In this document: one piece after another, positions 32,478 to 42,517 of the stretch
Layout of the letters: every line of letters starts with the position of its first letter
Numbering within the stretch: position 1 is the stretch's first letter
From: Schizochytrium sp. TIO01
Lineage: Eukaryota > Protista > Bigyra: Labyrinthulomycetes
NCBI GenBank assembly: GCA_004764695.1
Contig: SMSO01000025.1
Location: 1,922,001-1,986,000, forward strand
DNA length: 64,000 nucleotides
Direction of reading: 5' to 3'
The notes under the pieces: generated by a model
Told to the model about the DNA's origin: nothing
Database searches by the model: none
What the model saw: only the letters and a program-made list of their open reading frames with translations
Program-made: the position numbers and the translations under genes

Positions 32478-33052
32478 TCTCGCTATCCGTCTTCATTGTT
32501 CACGTGTTTTCCTGCACGTGCGTTTCCCCCTTTTCACTTACTGGCTGCACGTGCTGAAGGAATGGCGAGATGCAGTGGCTCTTCGTAGGGTGGTAAAAAG
32601 TCGAGCGACTGATTTTCGAACTTTGAGCAACAGGGGTTTTCAAGAGGGGGGAAATGGCCATCAAAAACGGGAAATAGGTTTAGTTATACTACGGTTGAGA
32701 GGAAGAAGCCCTGTACATACGATAAGAGACGGGGTTGTACGTATCGAGGGCTAATCATCACAATCAGGGTTCGCTCCCCATGCCAGAGGCGATGGCGAGG
32801 ATACTTCTACTGTTACTTCTACGGTGCAGAGCTATTATTCAGGGTGGCGGCTTCTGCAAATGCACGCCGTGATATCTCCAAGCAGGGAAGAAAGCAAACG
32901 GCCTCAATCATCAAGGCTTTCATGGACTCAATCAGGTGAGTCAGAGTCCATGATAAGAAGTTAATGATGGACCCAGTTAAAACAAGGCCTCGGCCAGTCT
33001 CAAGGCGTTTGCGAACTGCTGTTGATACGTTGTGATAGTAATGTCTTTTCAG

Positions 33053-36000
33053 TCATCGCTCGAAATCATTTTCAGGAATGGGCGCAGTGTTGGTGCTGGC
33101 AGAAAACCTAATAGGATATCGACCAGAGGATACCCGTGGATGTTGCTGGGATACACGACGAGAACCTTCGGGTCTTCTTTCTACTGATCCCCGAGTCATA
33201 AATTGTGGTGTTGAAGAGGAAATTCTCTTCATATATACATCGTGACTTGGCGAAACCATATTGTTGGTTTTAAATGTCCGGGAGCTGCTATGGCGAGAGC
33301 TACTCTGCCTGGAGTTGTTATTCTGTTCAAAAGTCCTTGCAGCCTCAATTGAGTCTTCTTGAGCAGCAACTTCAAGGTCAAGGTCAGCTTCGTTGTTGTG
33401 CAGTATGTCTTCTTTAAAATGAGGCTGCATTCGAGATTCTTGACGCTTACGACTACGGCGCAAACGCTGAATAAAGCTTCCCTCACGAACACCAACACCA
33501 CTTGTAGCTTCTTCTTCGTCGTCAGAATCCTCCTCGATCTCTTCCGGGATCACAGCTACTTTAGATTGTGCAAGTGATGTCGACACTCTTCGTTGGCGAC
33601 GAAGAGATTCGCGGCGGCCTAGTGAAGCGCGCTGCGGCGTTTCCAAGGTGGTTGGTTTTGTGTCAAGAAGGCGGTGAAGATGGCTGAAAAAGTCTTCCTT
33701 TGAGACAGCCATGTTGTTAAAATCAAGCCCAGTGGAGACCCATCGCTCACAAAGATCATTGTAGGACCATACATTACTATGGTCGGGTAAGAGGAAGACT
33801 GGATCAGTCATCGGCTCGCCCTTCAGATCTGTAAGGTCTGTTGGATCGACATTTGGGAGCTCAAAGAGCAAGGTTTCATGGCGTTGCAAGTCCAGATAGG
33901 GAACAACGGCCTCCATGCGTTCCTGTCGCTGCCACTCAGGCCAGGTAGCAAGCCACGCTTCAAACCGCTTCTCTCCGATGGCAAGTGCATCACGTTTAGC
34001 AGCCAAAATAACAGGAGCTGGGATTGGGACATGACGTGCATAGATCATAGCTTTAGACGACACAGGTAGGTCTAGCGCATCGCGCAGTTCAATCTCAAAC
34101 CGCAGATACACACAGACATCGTCTACATCGCGCTCCTGTTCATTGATGAAGCGGTTAACATGCTCGTGGACGACACTGAGGCGCATAATCCCACGACCAA
34201 GCTTGCGAAGCTTAGCGCGATCCCCTCGCGCGTGTGCGACTGCTGCGACTACTTGCATCTGCCCTAGTGCCCAAATAGGTTTGTCAGCACACGCATCAAC
34301 GGCGTCAAGCATTCGCAAAACGAGTTCCTGTCTAGCTACAGGGTCAGTCATGATAAGTTGCAAGACCTCGTGCACCCTATTTTTCAGGTCTGGTCGTATT
34401 TTCTCGTCTTTGTACTCTTGTGAAGACAGGAGCATAGACAAGAACTGCAAAACTCCGCGTAAATAAGCAGGGTCGATGTAAGGCTCTAGGTCTGACGCCT
34501 GGATATTGAACTCTCGGGCGACGTCGAAGAGGGAGCTCAGCTTAACTTCTCCATCACTCTCATTGTTTGCACCTAACTGGCGCAAAAGCTCGCTTTCATT
34601 GCCTAGAAAGATTGTCACATTTGCGGCTGCGCCTATGGAACGGAGTGCATCAAGCTGGCTTCCAACGAGACTAGTGTTTTGAAGATTGATCAGTAGCCTC
34701 TCAGATCGTGGAGCCTCGAGGGGCGTAATAGGAAGCGAAAAAAGGTTCACACAGTTGCTAAAATCTAAGAGGTTACCACGCAGCACCAAGCTATCGGATA
34801 TATACCTGAGCTCTGTACAATCGGTAGCAATAAGGTCTCCGTTCACAGTAAGGTTTCGCGGCAGGCACTGCAGAGAAACACATCCGCGAAGAAAAAGGCT
34901 TCCATCGACAGTTAGATTATCCGGGAGAGACACCAAACTTGAGCAACCATCTAATATTAGATCGCCCTGAATTAGAGAAAGTGTTTCTGGCAACGATGCA
35001 AGGGATATGCAGGTATGAAGGTTCAAAGATCCAGTGCTTGTCCAGTCAGGCAAGCTTCTTAGCTGAGTGCACTCCTGCAAGAAAACTTGTCCATCAACGA
35101 TGAGGTCATTAGGTAGATTCTCAATCAAGCCGTCCGTATCTATAACGCAAAGGCTTCCTAATTTCATCTTCGATCCCCATCGAAGAACCTGGACATTGTA
35201 CAGAAACAAACAACCTCTAATTTTCAAGTCATCTGGCATGATCAAAAGAGAGGAAAGCCCTTCTTTGTTATTATCCATCTCACCTGCATCCAATGCTGGA
35301 ACTGAGGCAAATGCCATGTCACCCTCAACTTGAATACCAGACGGGAGCTGCTCAGGCAGCTTGAGGTCCTCTGTACTAAGTCTAACTTGCTCAACAAGAA
35401 TTAGTAAATCGCTACTGACTACACGTAGCTTCGGAATTTTCGAGCCAAGTCGCAATTGCAACGGGGTGTTTGGGGTCATGCGAATGCTCAATGTAGAGCT
35501 TTCTTCCTGCCATTTTAGCCATTCTACTGGAGAACGTCTCAATGAGTCCCTGACATCTTCACTCTTAATCTCACCAATTGCTTTGGAGTATTCATGGCTG
35601 TGAAGACAACGAATGCACTGTGTCCGACACGGAATATTATTTATACATGTGCGTGAGGTGTGGGAACACGCAGCAGCAATGCTACTAGGGCTACACGCGC
35701 TAAAAGTTGCTGCAATCTTGTTCCCAAGACCTTGACCGCAGGTCACTGTGCACTCATGGCAAGAAGCTGCGCATAATGTACAAGAGCGACGTTTGCACGA
35801 CTCTACCAGAACGTCACGAGTAGCAACACAGCCACGCTGTATATCAGTACTGTGTGACTGCACTGGTTTAGCTGCTACAACGAGCAGCGGTCCAATAAGA
35901 GCCAAAGGTACCAGGGTCATACCCACAAACCCATACATACCATAGGTAAGAGCAACCGTCCAAGAGCCCCCAAACTCACATTCGTGTTCGTCCTCCTCAC

Positions 36001-36418
36001 TGCAGGGCCGACTGCATGTGAACGAATCATAGCTATCATAAGTGGGCTCTAAACTGGTACAATAGGCACAAACCGCGCAAGGCATGCACTCGAGGAAGGC
36101 TTGCGCGTACATGAGTCCAGAGAGTCCTCCTAAACAGCAGTATTGTACACCACGCTCTTCATCAAATGCCTTCAGGTCCACAAGTCCTTGGCAAACCAGA
36201 AGCCCTGCAATGATGGAGCCGCTATCCACCTCGTCAGAGAGGACCAGAGGCACCATATTGTTGCAGCACCTGCCAACGCAGCTTTGGCGAGCCTCCAAAG
36301 TGGTTTCCCGTGACACAGCCTCATAGAGTGACCTGCTCACAAGCTCAGCTGCCTGCGAACACGCGTGAGGGCTGGCCCGCGACGCCTCAACTCGCGTGGG
36401 AGCCGCTGAGGCAGCCAT
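33053..36418 (-). CDS. LRR-NEL-U-box-like protein, paralogue B, with very Cys-rich membrane N-terminus
   Basis: ATG at 36418 (MAASAAP) gives 1121 aa. LRRs such as LPDNLTVDGSLFLRGCVSL. NEL MLDAVDACADKPIWALGQM (Cys codon 34289-34291)...DDVCVYLRFEIELRDALDLPV...FEAWLATWPEWQ. Then GEPMTDPVFLLP. Confidence 0.85.
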   Translation of the reverse strand: MAASAAPTRVEASRASPHACSQAAELVSRSLYEAVSRETTLEARQSCVGRCCNNMVPLVLSDEVDSGSIIAGLLVCQGLVDLKAFDEERGVQYCCLGGLSGLMYAQAFLECMPCAVCAYCTSLEPTYDSYDSFTCSRPCSEEDEHECEFGGSWTVALTYGMYGFVGMTLVPLALIGPLLVVAAKPVQSHSTDIQRGCVATRDVLVESCKRRSCTLCAASCHECTVTCGQGLGNKIAATFSACSPSSIAAACSHTSRTCINNIPCRTQCIRCLHSHEYSKAIGEIKSEDVRDSLRRSPVEWLKWQEESSTLSIRMTPNTPLQLRLGSKIPKLRVVSSDLLILVEQVRLSTEDLKLPEQLPSGIQVEGDMAFASVPALDAGEMDNNKEGLSSLLIMPDDLKIRGCLFLYNVQVLRWGSKMKLGSLCVIDTDGLIENLPNDLIVDGQVFLQECTQLRSLPDWTSTGSLNLHTCISLASLPETLSLIQGDLILDGCSSLVSLPDNLTVDGSLFLRGCVSLQCLPRNLTVNGDLIATDCTELRYISDSLVLRGNLLDFSNCVNLFSLPITPLEAPRSERLLINLQNTSLVGSQLDALRSIGAAANVTIFLGNESELLRQLGANNESDGEVKLSSLFDVAREFNIQASDLEPYIDPAYLRGVLQFLSMLLSSQEYKDEKIRPDLKNRVHEVLQLIMTDPVARQELVLRMLDAVDACADKPIWALGQMQVVAAVAHARGDRAKLRKLGRGIMRLSVVHEHVNRFINEQERDVDDVCVYLRFEIELRDALDLPVSSKAMIYARHVPIPAPVILAAKRDALAIGEKRFEAWLATWPEWQRQERMEAVVPYLDLQRHETLLFELPNVDPTDLTDLKGEPMTDPVFLLPDHSNVWSYNDLCERWVSTGLDFNNMAVSKEDFFSHLHRLLDTKPTTLETPQRASLGRRESLRRQRRVSTSLAQSKVAVIPEEIEEDSDDEEEATSGVGVREGSFIQRLRRSRKRQESRMQPHFKEDILHNNEADLDLEVAAQEDSIEAARTFEQNNNSRQSSSRHSSSRTFKTNNMVSPSHDVYMKRISSSTPQFMTRGSVERRPEGSRRVSQQHPRVSSGRYPIRFSASTNTAPIPENDFER

Positions 36419-38412
36419 TTTTCTAGGTATGTGGTGTGATCTTGGTGATCTCACGTATACATCTATCTAATCTATGAATGGGAGGTTGTATGAGGAATAT
36501 GTGAAAGAAACCAGACGTGGCGGCGAAGGAGCGGCACGTGCAAACTTCGAAGAGCAAAAGTAGAGCTCCTTGAGGATTTACGAAAGACGACCAGCTTCTG
36601 CTTAGCCAGCTCGCTACCTGGTTGACTGACTGCGTGCCTAGCTGACCTGCTGGATGTGAAAGGGTGATCCCAGACAAAGCGCGCCAGCTTAGTCGAGAAG
36701 GAGGAATGAAGGAGGGGATTGATTGATTGATCAATATGTATAATAAGGCTCTCTATCTGCTAATTTTCACTTTATTCCTACTTTTTCCCCTATTTTATTC
36801 AGTATAAGGGCACTTTTTTAATTTCGCTGAATAGCAATCATGACTAGGAAGTGTTAGTATCAGTAGAAATAATTAGGTATCTCCCAAAGTTTGGTGGTGG
36901 AAATGATCATGCGAAAGACTTTCTATTCAGCTGTTCACGAGTTGCAAGAGGGCCCTGATCGTAATCACGATCGACACACAGCAGGTACTGGTCGTGAACC
37001 TTTCCTCGGCATGTCTCGATATGATTTCTGCGTTGGATAAATGTGTGCAACATATTGCTTCTGCAAATTGTGTTCTTCTTCAAGGTCATCAACTCTTTCA
37101 GTACAACGATCCATGAATGATGAATTTGCACAAGCTATCAAGCACTGCCATTAAGATGTAGTTAGTTACTTTTATAGGTATTCAAGCATTCACAAGACGA
37201 AGATGTAGTACAGAAGAAACCCATCTGTGCATCGAAAGTTGCAACCTTTAAGACTGGGCTTTGCCCTACATGGAGGCAAAACTCTGCACTGGCACGAGGT
37301 GGTAACTCCCGCGCCCACATCATAAGAGGCCACAGATACTACGTAAGCCCACTCTGGGAGTCCGCTCAATCTTCACGCCCCCCTCCTCCGCGAGTTCGGA
37401 GCTCTCGATTGATGACACGGACCTCCAAATCGCATAGCATCAAAGGCTCTGGTTCCCATAGCTTTTACCTTCCAATAGGCAGGTAGATACTACTAAGCAT
37501 TTAGTAAAAGTTATAAATCAGAAATAACAAAATCAGTAAATAACAATTAAAAAAAGCAGCCACTGAGAGTTATTCATCTGTCAATCAGGTCTTGACAAGT
37601 ATCATTTCATCGTTGAGATCTTCAGGTGAGCCTTCAGTTTATACTTCGTAAAGCGGGCTAAATGAGGGATGGCGTGTGGCACCATTCAGGATCATGGTCG
37701 TCAGCACCCCCGAAGAATTCTAGTTTTAATTAAAAAAACTGGAAAAAATCTGATTAGTAAATACTACGATAGGAAGTACCGAAATAAGCTAGGAATTACC
37801 TATACCAGCATAGGATATCCGCACGTGCACGATAGTATTGAGCACTGCTAAGCTAGTCCTAGTGCTCAGACATGATAGTGCACGTAGAAAGGTAATAAAC
37901 TGCAATCTACTGCTACTACTACTTGCCAGCGAGCCTGCAGTCATGCATTGAGCTATGGCTAGAGGGGCCTGCGAATCTCCCAAACTTGAACTTAGTCGTC
38001 AGGTTTTCTCTTTTCGAAGAGCAACATATTTTGCTGTGCTAATTTGTTAATGTATTGTCAAACACGCACCCTGACTGAACCGCTATGGTGCGCACGTGAA
38101 TTTATCACACGAGCAAAAAACTGCATTATCAGGGCAGCAAGAGCTTGAATACGGCCAAACAATGTCGTTATAACCCAATGGAGAAGCCGAGGCTCCTTTA
38201 AACCTCAACGCACTTAATTAATATGAATACAATGCCTCAAACTATATCCCGGATTTCCGTTTTTAAAAAAAGTTTGTATGTGCACGTTAGAAATTAGTTA
38301 ACCTTTGAGAACCCCTTTTAGCCAAAACTTTGGGCAGAACAGGATTAGATTTCGCAGGTCGAATATCAAATCAAACACTAGAGTCAGAACTCCACCACTG
38401 AGATCTGAGAGA

Positions 38413-40496
38413 ATGAACTTCCTTCGTGCGGCAGGCACCTAGGCCGGCCTGCCCATCAGAGCCATTAGAAGGTTGAGTATTCGTACTGCTAGCTCGATGA
38501 CGCTTGTTAAATCCCCAGTCGAGACCCTGGAGGAAAAGATTGGTGAAGTAAGAAGACAAATCGTCCAAAGAGAAACAGACCTCATGCAACTATTCTCTGC
38601 GTTGGCGAGTCTCAAGACCAATCGCGAAGAGGTTATACACAAGAAAGAACGGTTAGAGGCATCAGCTCTTGGGAAGATTTCTGGTGACGACTTTGATATG
38701 ACTGAAAGCGTTCTGCGCCTTGCCTGGCACAGAACAGATGAAGATTTCAAAGATCGCCTTAAGGAACTATCTAAAGAAGAAAAAAAGACCTTCAAATCGG
38801 CAATAGATAAGATCCCACAAAAGCTAGACGCTGGGAAACAGGCGAGTGATCTGGATCAAGCTATCACGAGTCTAAATGATAAAATTGACAGTCTTGACGC
38901 TATGATTCAAACACTTGGGAGAAAGCAGGATGCTTACGAGGCTCAGTCTAAGCTCATTCGCGCTGGAATGGGAACAGCGCTTGATAAACTGAGCATTTTT
39001 TTTTCAAGCTTAGAATCGGGGTACAGCAATTCAAAAGTCGTACAGACTCAACAAATACGGCAAGATACCCCGCGTCGCCCAAGTCTGTACATACCTTAGA
39101 TATACCAAGTCTCCTGGATCGCTGTCGCAAGATGGGCTTCATCAAATCTTTGCAGGCGGGTCAAACTAGCACTTCATTGTACCAAGTAATGCGACCTGAA
39201 GAATCATTTTTCATCGAAACTGAGGCATCTTTGACTCCCGCTGCTGGCCTTCTCTTGGTTACTATACTTCGCACCTTAAAAGATGGAAATATAGCCCAGA
39301 CTCCCCTAAACATGACTTGTTACGTTGGTCCTGCATCAAGCATGGCTGGAACCGCTGGCTTTTCTATCGATACTAAGGAGGATAATTCAAATAAGTTCCA
39401 ACCTTTGTTCGTCGGGGAACTAAAGGGACCTGGGTTTGATCATATTAACCTCTCCATGAAGTACTGCGACTCTACTAGTACAGGAAAAGAATCTGGGTCG
39501 CAGCGTCATGCTACCTACTCAGTGATCCGGCAGTTGTACAATTATATGCTCTTAAATGGTCTTCTGTTAGGTATCTACACGAACTACGACGACACGGCAC
39601 TTTTCTTCCGCGATTGTTCTGGCAACTTGATGATCACACCATCAGTCAGGTGTGACGCAGTTAGTGATTTGGGTGAAAACAGAGTCAGCGCGGCTCAGCT
39701 CATAGCATTAGGCATCATGATTGCGAATGGACGTTGCGTACCAGTGATTGAGATTCTCGAGGACGGAGTTCTTGTTGAATGTGACTGGACAGGCACATGT
39801 AAAGGGCATAAAAAATTACCCATGAATTGCCAGGCGAAATTTGACCGTCTTTCGAATAGTGAGAGAGGTGTTGAACCTGCTTTAACTCCCGATGATGATT
39901 TAGAAATATTCTACGCCGCTTCACTCAACCCAGATGGATCTCCAATTCCCTTCGTTGATCTTGGTGAGCGAGAACCTCTTTTGACTGGCCGGACTGGCTA
40001 GACCTTCCGCCTCAGCCTCCTGCGTGGTGCAACCGAAAAAGTGGATGGTGTACTGAAGTTGTTTGACTTATTTAAATGAAAAGACCAAGTCAAGGAACTA
40101 ACTCATGAAGCCGCAATTTACAAAGAATTGGAGTCACTTCAAGGCAAATGAATTCCAGAGTACCTCGATCACGGCATGTTCCGAGAGGATTTCCTGTACG
40201 GTCTCGGTACAGTTTTCTCGGGTGATCCTGTTACCGACGAGGATCTCACCGGTAAATTTGTGGAGGAGGCTGTAAATGCTCTCCAGAGGATTCACTCTCT
40301 AGGAATACTACACGGTGATGTGTGACGGCCTAATGTCCTTTGCAACAATAAAAGCAACAAAAAGAGCCCAATGATCTTTGACTTCGGTATGGCAAAACGC
40401 AAAGAAGATATGGATCCAGAAGTTTTCAGGATATGTACTGTACAGGAGATTAGGGATCTTCGCGTCGAATTACTGACAACTCGCTCTGACAACTAG
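38413..40496 (+). pseudogene. Pseudogene of a coiled-coil + restriction-endonuclease-fold + protein kinase (Crinkler/CR-effector-like)
   Basis: One reading path runs from ATG 38413 through in-frame stops at 38440, 39999, 40077, 40149 and 40323 and a frameshift most likely at the T9 run 38996-39004. It contains FVGELKGP...VIRQLYNYMLLNGLLLGIYTNY (PD-(D/E)xK-like) and kinase motifs GRTG, VLK, HEAAIYKELESLQG, ALQRIHSLGILHGDV*RPN and DFGMA. Confidence 0.8.
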
Positions 40497-40685
40497 AAAT
40501 TAAACCCAGACGCAACTAGCCAAAGCAACTTGGGTAAGCGCGTCTATATAGTTATCCCTCAATTTCTCTTCTCTCTTCACAGCTTTTGGAGTGCTAAGAA
40601 GCGATTAAAATAGAAATCAGGTAGTGTTGATTGCTGAATAGAAACCCGTGGTCTTTCGGTACTTGATCCTTCTCTCTCTCCTTCT

Positions 40686-40735
40686 CTATCTATCTATCTA
40701 TCTATCTATTATTATTATTATTATTAATATTATTA
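40686..40735. repeat. Compound (TCTA)n(TTA)n microsatellite
   Basis: Directly visible. Confidence 0.85.
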
Positions 40736-42082
40736 TAGTTATAACTATTTTTGAAAGAAAGCAAAAGACCTTTGAAAGACTCGGAGAGAATGGAAAACAA
40801 ACAGCCTAAAGTGCCATAGATAGCAATCCCTGGGTCTGGGCCAATGATGTATCTAGTTAGTATCTATAGTAGTAGTAGTAAACAGGGGTCAGATTTGTTT
40901 GTAAGGGAACATAGGGAACCTGATTGAGTTCATCTACTTTGCACGATGAACTTTTTAAGTATCATCACAGAATTGGGTTCAATGCTTGTGGTGGGAACAT
41001 GGCTTTCTCCCCCCTCTATCTACTCGTCAACACATCATCTCAAATAAGTACGGTGCAGGCAGGATATTCCAGCTTCTAGCAGAGTTGTGCATCTTTGCTT
41101 CATTTCTAAGATGTTCTCATTATATCGCCGGTTGCCATTGGACGAAAGCCCCACTACTAGATAAATACCCTCACAGGGAGCCCAGGCAATGCTTAGGTGA
41201 TGCTTGAACCCTGATCAAAGCGATTGCCAGCGTTTCATCAGCTTTCTTCGCTTGTTTTCTTTCCCGAGTTTCTGTTCGATCCCAAGTTCCTTCTCTCAGC
41301 TTCTTCAATCATTTTACTCACATCGATATGCTCGAGTATAGATTCCGATGGTAACGAATGATGTCATGACAACTACAGCCTAATAACGAATACGTCAAAA
41401 ACCTTTGCCTTCCTTGGCTCGATTTCGAGCGCCTCTAGCTAGGTAACCATCGGCCAAGTGCTATGCCTTGGCTCAAATTCTCGAGCTTGGAGAGAAAGGG
41501 CTGATTCGTAAGGCACTAAGCTTTGGTAGGTATGCACACTGCAAACTATCGGGGTGTGCGGTCTGCAAGCGAGGGAAGAGACCTCTTCGTACCATGAAAG
41601 TAGCTCCAGTTTCACTTACTCACTCACTTACTCATTCATTCACTCGCTCACTACCTTGGCATGGCAAATGATTGAGTGTACGAAGCTTTTGCCTACCTAC
41701 ACATCTATCGCTGACCGCTGAAGAGCTTGGCCGCAACCTAAGGAAGGCTAGGAATTCCGATTCCCTTCTGCTCTTCCGAATCCATAAGTTGCTTAAACGA
41801 GTGAGCTGGTCAGTCAGTTAGTTGCCTAAACTCGCGAGGGAGCATACGCTGACTCAATCGGAGCCCACCGTCGACGACTGTCATCTCGCGACGTGTGCTT
41901 CTGTGCCCGGGAAGAAAGGTACCCAACCCACCCATCAACTGCGTCAAGAAAGCAAAAGCGCCCGTTTGAAGCAGTAGAAGTGACGGGCTCAGCTTGAACA
42001 CGACGAGAGAGAAGGAGAAGCAAACATAATCACAACCAACAGAAAGAAAAACACACACCCCAATAAAAGCGACGACGAAACC

Positions 42083-42113
42083 AACAAACAAACAAACAAA
42101 CAAACAAACAAAC
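42083..42113. repeat. (AAAC)n microsatellite
   Basis: Directly visible. Confidence 0.85.
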
Positions 42114-42517
42114 TTCCCTATCGTTAGCTCTGCCTAGAGTCGAATACCTGACTATACTAGCTAATGCCGCATTCAGGAAGTACGAGCTCCGTACGGAAGA
42201 AGAGTGAAAGAAGCGATTGGGACATTCTTCAATCGCGCACTTGCACTTGCACTTGCAGCACTTGCAGCACTTGCAGCAAAGGAGTGGAATAAGTACTAGG
42301 GGGCTCCTACCTAGGTAGGGAGCCTCAAGCATTCGGCTGCGTAGGGAGTCCGTCGCTCGCTCACTCATTTGATCACATAGTTCGTCAGCGCGATCAGACC
42401 ACCGCTACTGACTGCGAGGGTCGTCGAACTTGCCGCACACGCTGGTTGCGGTCGGGCAGGTGGCAATCATATCGTAATCGACACACCAATTGATCGATCG
42501 TCTCCTGATTGATTAGG

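Noticed and set aside
30300-32900. Transposon remnants in island spacers (also 36900-37450 and 41000-41400)
   Set aside because: Some stretches read like decayed coding sequence, but I found no transposase/RT motif, terminal repeats or target-site duplications.
38413-40496. Stop-codon reassignment, selenocysteine or programmed readthrough in the kinase gene
   Set aside because: Neighbouring genes use TGA and TAG as real stops, both stop types occur in this gene, and there is also a frameshift. Pseudogenisation is simpler.
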